Shown here piece after piece: positions 57,867 to 64,000 of a stretch of 64,000 bases of DNA. This DNA is from Candidatus Latescibacterota bacterium. GTDB taxonomy: Bacteria; Latescibacterota; UBA2968; UBA8231. The stretch is taken from positions 6,336,001 to 6,400,000 of the forward strand of contig OZ253462.1 of the NCBI GenBank assembly GCA_965261395.1, in the 5' to 3' direction. The translations under genes were made by a program, and so were the position numbers. The notes below the pieces were generated by a model. That model was given only the letters and a program-made list of their open reading frames with translations, made no database searches and had not been told where the DNA came from. Every line of letters starts with the position of its first letter. Positions within the stretch are counted from its first letter, which is position 1.

Positions 57867-58940
57867 TCAATTGTCGATTGGCACCTTTGCGCCCGTTTCC
57901 GCGCTCGCGTAAATCGCGTCCAGCAACTTCATGAAGGTCAGCGCCTCAGCGGGAGAGACATCGGGCGGCTGGGCACCGCGAATCGCGCCGGCAAAATCGC
58001 GGATCTCCGCGTTGAAATCACCGTCGCCGTGTTCCACAAATTCACCAGCGGAATCGTCGCCTTCCGTGTAGATGGCACCCAGCAACCGGCGCGTCCCCGA
58101 ACGTCTCTTGCCCTCGGGCAGCGAAGTGGATTCCATCTCAATGGTGCCATCCGTCCCTAGGATGCGCAAGCGCAAATCCCACACCCGGTCCGCCCAGGTG
58201 GGAATGACCGCGGAAGTATCCATCTGAATGGTCATACCGCCGGCGCAGCCCACCAGAAAACTCATGTAATCCTCGGAGTGACGCTCCACTTCGAGGGTCG
58301 TTGGAAACGCGCTATGGCTGATGGCAAAGGCCCATTCGGGTTGCGGACAACCCAGTAAAAACCAGGCCTGATCGAGATAGTGCGAACCGTGTTGGCCCAA
58401 TGCACCGCCCTTAAAACCCCACCGATATAGCCAGCTCCTGCCCGGCGGCGGCTCATAATTGACTCCACGCTCGCGATAGTGGTAGTGGACGCGCGCGTGG
58501 TACACGCGCCCAATCCTGCCAGCGGCGATGATTTGACGGTTCTCTTTGTTCTCCGCTTGGTGCCGCATGAAGTAGGAGTACACGAGCATTTTTCCAGTGC
58601 TTGCTGCAACGGCGTTGATCTCCGCGACATCGGCGGCATTGCGACCGTGCGGCTTCTGCACCAACACGTGCTTTCCCGCCTCCAGCGCCTCAATGACCAT
58701 CGGCTTCCGCACATCGGGTGCGGTGGCGACTCCAACGGCTTCAACCTCGTCATCGGCGAGCAGCTCTCGATAGTCGCCATAGACTTTGGCGACATCGTGC
58801 TCCTCGGCGACCCGTCGAGCCAAATCTCGATCCAGATCGGCGACCGCCCAGGCGATGGTATCTTCGCCGGCTCGGGCACCTGCCACCCAAGCCCTGCCAA
58901 CTCGGCAACCGATTACGCCCATTTTAATTTTGTCTATCAT
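57867..58940 (-). CDS. Gfo/Idh/MocA oxidoreductase
   Basis: GVIG, AGKHVLVQKP and GGAL..HGSHYLD motifs; GGAGG RBS before MIDKIK. Confidence 0.88.
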   Translation of the reverse strand: MIDKIKMGVIGCRVGRAWVAGARAGEDTIAWAVADLDRDLARRVAEEHDVAKVYGDYRELLADDEVEAVGVATAPDVRKPMVIEALEAGKHVLVQKPHGRNAADVAEINAVAASTGKMLVYSYFMRHQAENKENRQIIAAGRIGRVYHARVHYHYRERGVNYEPPPGRSWLYRWGFKGGALGQHGSHYLDQAWFLLGCPQPEWAFAISHSAFPTTLEVERHSEDYMSFLVGCAGGMTIQMDTSAVIPTWADRVWDLRLRILGTDGTIEMESTSLPEGKRRSGTRRLLGAIYTEGDDSAGEFVEHGDGDFNAEIRDFAGAIRGAQPPDVSPAEALTFMKLLDAIYASAETGAKVPIDN

Positions 58941-58942
58941 AA

Positions 58943-59986
58943 TCACCTCCTTTGCAACCGCTCGAGTTTTGCCCGCAATCCGGGCTTTTCCAGCACCTCT
59001 CTGTTGACCACGTGCTCGGGGATTTCGCCGCGCCCAATTCGCGCCACCTGCCCGAGTCTGCCCCCCCAGGCCTGCATGTAGTACTCGTCGGTGTGGCACA
59101 GGGAGTGCGGCGAAACCACGACATGGTCCATTTTGAGGAGGGGATTGTCCGCAGCGACGGGCTCCTGCTCAAATACATCCAGCCCAGCGCCGCGGATGCG
59201 CCCGCTCTGCAGGACCCGTATCAGGGCTTGCTCATCGACGACGGGGCCCCGCGAAGTATTGATCAGGTACGCCGTCTGCTTCATCAAGTTCAGTTCCCGC
59301 TCGCCGATCAGATGGCGAGTCTGCTCGCTGAGCGGGACGCTGATGCTAACGAAGTCGGCCTCGGCCAGCAGGGTATCCATAGCGACCAGTTCCACGTCCA
59401 CATCGGCCACATCCTCCTCGCTCAGCTTGGGATCGCAGCCCAAATGCCGCATGCCAAAGGGCTTGGCCAGCAGAAACAGCTCGTGCCCGATATTGCCCAC
59501 GCCAATGGAACCGAGCGTCTTGCCGGTCAGCCCTTCGCCGCGGTAGAGGCGCTGATCGGCCCAGCGCCCCTCGCGGGTGATCCGATCCTTGTTGAGCAGG
59601 CGCGTGGCCAGGGCCAGCATAAAGGTGATGATGGTGCAGGCCATGGGCCGGCGCACGGCGTCGGGAGCCAAGCAGAGCATGGCATTGGCCCGGGTCAGGG
59701 CCCCGACATCGATGTGGTCGTACCCGACGCCGGTGAGGAGCACGGCCACGAGTTGGTCGTTGCCAACCAAGGAGCGCTCGCTCCAGCGGGACGCGCCCGA
59801 GATGACCGCGTCGCAGCCGCGCACTTGCTCGGGGGCGATTTCCGCGCGCTGCTCGGCCAATATTCGGTACTGGATCCCGGGCATTTCAGCGAATAATTCC
59901 AAGCCGGGGCCGGGCAGGTTGAAGTTCCCCTCCGCGTCGAAGAAATCCCGGGTGAGGCCAACCGTAACTTTAGCGGTCATCTGCAT
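58943..59986 (-). CDS. D-isomer-specific 2-hydroxyacid dehydrogenase
   Basis: GVGYD, GVGNIG, INTSRG, LDVFEQEP and SPH motifs. Confidence 0.9.
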   Translation of the reverse strand: MQMTAKVTVGLTRDFFDAEGNFNLPGPGLELFAEMPGIQYRILAEQRAEIAPEQVRGCDAVISGASRWSERSLVGNDQLVAVLLTGVGYDHIDVGALTRANAMLCLAPDAVRRPMACTIITFMLALATRLLNKDRITREGRWADQRLYRGEGLTGKTLGSIGVGNIGHELFLLAKPFGMRHLGCDPKLSEEDVADVDVELVAMDTLLAEADFVSISVPLSEQTRHLIGERELNLMKQTAYLINTSRGPVVDEQALIRVLQSGRIRGAGLDVFEQEPVAADNPLLKMDHVVVSPHSLCHTDEYYMQAWGGRLGQVARIGRGEIPEHVVNREVLEKPGLRAKLERLQRR

Positions 59987-60779
59987 CCTCTCGGTATATG
60001 GAAAAAGCTTGCACCGCACCGTCGCGGAGCAGGTCGTATTCGCTGTGGCGGAAGCGTCCCACTAGCTGGATACCGGCCCGGCGCTGGTCTAGGTACTCCT
60101 GGCGGTTATGCGGATAAATCGCCGGCTCGGTGGCGATTCCCCTAGCCAGGGCGATCTCGATGACGCGCTCCATGGCCCGCACCACTTCCGGGTGTTGCCA
60201 ATCGCCGTGAAAACCCATGGTCGCCGCCAGATCGCCGGGGCCAAATACTACGGCGTCCACCCATTCGTTGTCGAGCATGGCCTCGGCGTTTTCGACGCCG
60301 CGCCAGGACTCGATTTTGAGGATGAGCATCGTGGCCTCGTTGGCCTCGCGGCAATAGCGGGCCGCCTCGACCGCGGCGTACTCCGCATTGGCACCCATGG
60401 CCAGCCCCCGCTCCCCGTCCGGCGCGTATTTCATCCAGCGCGCCAGTGCCGCCACTTGCTCGGGCTCTTCGGCGTGGGAGAGGCAGACCCCCAGCGCGCC
60501 AGCATCGAGCAGCCGCGATACAAAGGGCCGCTCGGGCACCAGGACCGTCACCGCCGGACAAAGGCCGTTGTCCCGGGCCATGACCAGGAAGTTGGTCAGG
60601 GTTTCGTCGTTGTGGATCACGTGCTCGTTTTCGACCAGCAGCATATTGTACCCCGCCTGAGCCGCGATCTTGATCACCGAAGGACGTAGCGACTCGAAGA
60701 CATTGAAGCCAAAGAGCGGACCACCGCTGCGGAGAATTTCCTTGGCCGGGTTGCGGATGAGGGGACCTGCTACCGCCAT
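59970..60779 (-). CDS. HpcH/HpaI aldolase family protein
   Basis: VENEH, LLDAGA, KIES and FGPGDL motifs; start at MAVAGP. Confidence 0.85.
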   Translation of the reverse strand: MAVAGPLIRNPAKEILRSGGPLFGFNVFESLRPSVIKIAAQAGYNMLLVENEHVIHNDETLTNFLVMARDNGLCPAVTVLVPERPFVSRLLDAGALGVCLSHAEEPEQVAALARWMKYAPDGERGLAMGANAEYAAVEAARYCREANEATMLILKIESWRGVENAEAMLDNEWVDAVVFGPGDLAATMGFHGDWQHPEVVRAMERVIEIALARGIATEPAIYPHNRQEYLDQRRAGIQLVGRFRHSEYDLLRDGAVQAFSIYREDADDR

Positions 60780-60780
60780 A

Positions 60781-62952
60781 TCAATCCATTTCTGCAAAGC
60801 GGCGCAACACGTTCTCAGTGATGCGGGAGACATTGTTGTCGCCGCAGTTGTACGAAAGGCAACTGCACCAGCTAATAGAACCCACCGAGAACACCGCGCC
60901 ACCCTTGGGGCCTTCAAAGTACACCATGTCGGACCGCACCAGAGGGTTCTGGCTGCCGCCGGTATTGGGGGCCGAGACCAACTGGTCCTCAATGGCCACC
61001 TGGTACAGGTCGGTGAAGCCCTCGGCCGCAGCGAGCAACAGGGCGTGGTCGGGCGTACCCTGGCCGCGGTCGATCCGGTCGATTTCAAAGCCGCCAGCGC
61101 CGTGTTCCAAGACCAAGGCGGGAAAGTCGCCGATCAATTCCCCGGGGGCCAGGCCCGCAAAGATAAAGGCCGCCTTCGGGTCCAAACTGTCCGGCTGCCG
61201 TCTATAGGGGCGGTTGCGGCCTCCGCCCTGGGAGGTAAAACCAACGCCGACCATTTTTTGCGGTGCCCGGTTGCGAAAGCGCCAGAGGCCACCCATCTCG
61301 CCCGTGGTGCTGTGAAAGCACTCGCCGGGGGCGGCCTCCCAGGCGCGCGAGCCTCGCCAGCGCCTGACTTCGACGATGTGCGGACGCCGGGGATCGAAGG
61401 AGGCGATCCAGTAGAAGCCGTTGCCGCCCAGGTACATCAGGCGGCCGCCGCCCGCCTGGTACGATTCCAGCCCTTTGAGCATGGACGCCGTCCAGTACTC
61501 TGGATGCGTGCCGGTGAGGATCACCTGGTACGGCTCCAACAACTCGCTGCCTTCGCAGTGCAACTCGTCGTCGGTGATCACATCGTAGGCAAAGCCCTTG
61601 GTGTCCAGCCAGTCGAGCAGATGGAGATCGGCGTTGAGCAGGCGGGGCCAGTCCGCGGCCAAGGAGCGAGAGGGCATGCGGTACAGGGGACGAAAATTGA
61701 CGATCGGCCGCCGGCGCGACGAATAGCAGACACCCGTGCCGTCGCTGTGCAGGTCGTAACAACTCAAGAGCCGCTGGTCCTGCATGTACTGGTCTTGCGG
61801 GGTGGTGTCGCTGCTTGCGCGCAGGTCCAGCATGGCGCGGATCGGATCGTTAAAGCGCTGGTTGGCATAGACCAGGTACGTGAGGGTGGGCGCGAGGAAG
61901 GCGATGCGGGCCTGGGCCTTTGCGGGGACGACGATAAAGGGCAGGTAATCCTCGGCGTCGGCGCTGGTCAAGTGGGCCGCGTACACGCCGCTCGGCCAGT
62001 CTGAGGGCACGGTCCACTCAAAGGCGGCATCCCACTGGGCGTCTTCGAGATCGTCGTCGTGGAAGTGAATGGCCCCGTACTGGCTGGGGGCGACTTTGAA
62101 ATCCGCCTCGTCGCCGGTCCAGTTGTGCCCGGTCACGGCCCGGGTCGGCAGGTTGACCGTGTGGCCGTGGAGTTGGTTGGCCTCGGTGTCGCGCACTATT
62201 TCCGCGCCGATATCTAGGGAAAAGTCCCAGCTAGCGATCGGGGTGTCGGCGTCGGCCTCCACCATGGAGAGAGCGCGTCCGTAGAGCTGCGGATTGTCGA
62301 TCTTGCCATTGAAGTGGTGGGTGGCCACCGGCCCCGCTGCAGCGCAGGCCATCAGCAAATCTTCCTCATTCTCTCCCACAGCCAAGGGGCGGATGGTTTT
62401 GCAGACCCTTGCTCGGGCACGGGCCACCGGCCAGTTGGACTGCAACTCCTCGTAGAGGCAGACTGCGCCAGTGGCCGCGTCGTAGCTGGCGGCGATATAG
62501 TGCCATTGAGCTGGGTGCAAGGCCACGCCGGTGCTCACTTTTTCCAGCCGCGTCCCATCACCGACCCACAGGGCCAGCGACCCGTCCTCATCGATAAAGA
62601 GGCCATAGCCCGATTGGCCGGACAACTTGGTCAACAGCCCTTGCAGGCCCTTTTGCGGCGTGGTGGGGTAGATCCACGCCCGCAGGGTAAACCCATTGGG
62701 GCAATTCAACAAAGGGTGGTGCAGCACGGCCGCGTACGAGCCGCTGTGGATGGCCTGGTACCGGCCCGGGTACTCACCGCTGATCGAGGATGCGAGCGCT
62801 TCGATTTTGCAGCCGGGACCCTCGGGATTGGCGTCCGTATGCCGCAGGCGCACGAGTTGGGCGCGGTACGCGGGCGCTTCGCTGCTGACCATAAAGCGTA
62901 TAGTCTGCCCGGGCCGCACACTGAAACGGTCGCTGTACCCGACGATTTTCAT
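60781..62952 (-). CDS. N,N-dimethylformamidase large-subunit family protein with LamG-like insert
   Basis: GYSDRFSV, AIHFHDDDL, TYLVYAN, YDLHSDG, HPEY and YLGGNGFYW motifs. Confidence 0.85.
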   Translation of the reverse strand: MKIVGYSDRFSVRPGQTIRFMVSSEAPAYRAQLVRLRHTDANPEGPGCKIEALASSISGEYPGRYQAIHSGSYAAVLHHPLLNCPNGFTLRAWIYPTTPQKGLQGLLTKLSGQSGYGLFIDEDGSLALWVGDGTRLEKVSTGVALHPAQWHYIAASYDAATGAVCLYEELQSNWPVARARARVCKTIRPLAVGENEEDLLMACAAAGPVATHHFNGKIDNPQLYGRALSMVEADADTPIASWDFSLDIGAEIVRDTEANQLHGHTVNLPTRAVTGHNWTGDEADFKVAPSQYGAIHFHDDDLEDAQWDAAFEWTVPSDWPSGVYAAHLTSADAEDYLPFIVVPAKAQARIAFLAPTLTYLVYANQRFNDPIRAMLDLRASSDTTPQDQYMQDQRLLSCYDLHSDGTGVCYSSRRRPIVNFRPLYRMPSRSLAADWPRLLNADLHLLDWLDTKGFAYDVITDDELHCEGSELLEPYQVILTGTHPEYWTASMLKGLESYQAGGGRLMYLGGNGFYWIASFDPRRPHIVEVRRWRGSRAWEAAPGECFHSTTGEMGGLWRFRNRAPQKMVGVGFTSQGGGRNRPYRRQPDSLDPKAAFIFAGLAPGELIGDFPALVLEHGAGGFEIDRIDRGQGTPDHALLLAAAEGFTDLYQVAIEDQLVSAPNTGGSQNPLVRSDMVYFEGPKGGAVFSVGSISWCSCLSYNCGDNNVSRITENVLRRFAEMD

Positions 62953-63027
62953 TTATTTCTCCGCGGCACTAGGGCCGTGCAACGCCCCTGCAACCAAGAC
63001 CGGGGACCGTCCCGATGGTCTCTAGCG

Positions 63028-63061
63028 CGCAAGAATAGTGGAACGCGGAAATTGTGTCAAT
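63028..63061 (-). promoter_or_regulatory. Sigma70 promoter nearly identical to the TA promoter at 57008-57041
   Basis: 34 bp with one mismatch; TTGACA-17-TATTCT on the minus strand. Confidence 0.8.
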
Positions 63062-63096
63062 TTCAGGTAGTGGGCTATTTTGAAATTATCGCGAGG

Positions 63097-63999
63097 TTAT
63101 CTACCTAGCGGTCCAAACGGCCCAACATCTTCCCTTCTGAGTGCTCGGTAGACTCGTCCATCCTCGCCGGTCATCGTTGGTCTTTTCGCTTGGGGCTTTT
63201 CAACGATCTGATTGCCTCCCCATTGACAACAGGTGCCATACGGGTCTGTGAGGGCGCGGCCAGAAAGCGCCTCGAAATAGTTATTGGACACGCGATGGCC
63301 TTTACCCAGTGCTCTGACGCCCCTTGTTTTGGGCTTACCATAGCCTAAGAAGAAATTGCCCTCGACGATGCTGTTGTCGCCTTTGCGCAGTGTTAGGTAT
63401 CCCATAGACCGCACAAAGGTATTGCCCCGAAAAATATTCTCGCTGGATTTATTGCTGATAATCTCGGCGTCTTCTCCATCGCATTCCTCGAACATATTGT
63501 ACTCAACAACCGTCCGTGAGGGCGCATGGCGCAGTGAGTCGGTGGCTATAATGCGGATCGTCTCCGCCCCATTTATTCTGATTAATTCAAATTGCCCGAA
63601 ATAGTTGTGGTCGATGCGATGGTACTCCGGGTTTTCTTGCGACGCGACCCGCATCAATGCGGTCTTGGCGCGCCGGCCAGTAAATGAGCAGTGGTCAATC
63701 CGGTGGTGAGTACCCTTGACTGAAACCCACGTGGGAGGATCTGGATGGGCAGGGACTGCATTGTAGTCTACAATCGCACAGTTGGTGATACGGCAATGCG
63801 TAGTGCCTGCGCGGAGTACGATAGGTATGGAAGAAGGAAACCCGTCCGTAAACGTTAAACCATCCACGACGACCCAACTGCCGTGGATGTCCAGCTTCGA
63901 GTTTCCTACCAATCTCACCTTCCCCCGCTCTTGGGCGCGGATCGTTATCGGATTTCCCTGCCCCCCTGAGCGCGTGACCTTTAACCTGAGATCCGTCCA
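63097..63999 (-). CDS. Polysaccharide lyase family 6 (chondroitinase B / alginate lyase-like); 5' end beyond the window, C-terminus looks shortened
   Basis: NPITIRAQ.GKV, RIDHNYF, NGAETIRI, EIISNKS and LTLRKG motifs. Confidence 0.82.
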   Translation of the reverse strand, partial: WTDLRLKVTRSGGQGNPITIRAQERGKVRLVGNSKLDIHGSWVVVDGLTFTDGFPSSIPIVLRAGTTHCRITNCAIVDYNAVPAHPDPPTWVSVKGTHHRIDHCSFTGRRAKTALMRVASQENPEYHRIDHNYFGQFELIRINGAETIRIIATDSLRHAPSRTVVEYNMFEECDGEDAEIISNKSSENIFRGNTFVRSMGYLTLRKGDNSIVEGNFFLGYGKPKTRGVRALGKGHRVSNNYFEALSGRALTDPYGTCCQWGGNQIVEKPQAKRPTMTGEDGRVYRALRREDVGPFGPLGR

Positions 64000-64000
64000 G

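Overview
This 64 kb window is GC-rich bacterial chromosome. Its gene content (plant-type LRR lipoprotein, Rpn nuclease, many TA modules, mannonate dehydratase, PhyH-HEAT) suggests a Latescibacterota/Gemmatimonadota-like, possibly sponge-associated organism; that assignment is inference only. The backbone is transport and metabolic: a two-permease RND efflux operon, an ABC transporter with DUF1854, a hisI-pncA-pncB-aminotransferase-nadE NAD-salvage operon, a transhydrogenase, murB, glcF and a dimethylformamidase-like catabolic operon. Accessory DNA is interspersed. (1) A Fic gene bracketed by AT-rich 11-7-11 palindromes. (2) An AT-rich, phage-like islet whose lipoprotein gene is split by an IS5/IS1031-type element; a 146-bp MITE with the same terminal repeats disrupts another gene at 28.2 kb. 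(3) A translationally coupled three-gene module of unknown function (TIGR04255-like protein, WDG-motif protein, small putative ADP-ribosyltransferase-fold protein), a candidate new toxin-antitoxin-chaperone-like defence system. (4) A 17-kb defence island with a Type I RM HsdR and two tandem methylase-specificity fusions carrying different TRDs. The second fusion reads in frame into a TIR/SEFIR gene now split by an IS903-type element. The island also holds Fic, Rpn (with a sigma54 promoter and an internal start), HicAB, an ABC-ATPase/TOPRIM pair, NYN and an AAA-HTH protein. Several accessory promoter/operator blocks occur as diverged duplicates. I saw no rRNA, tRNA or CRISPR array. All family assignments come from reading motifs by eye; no database searches were run.
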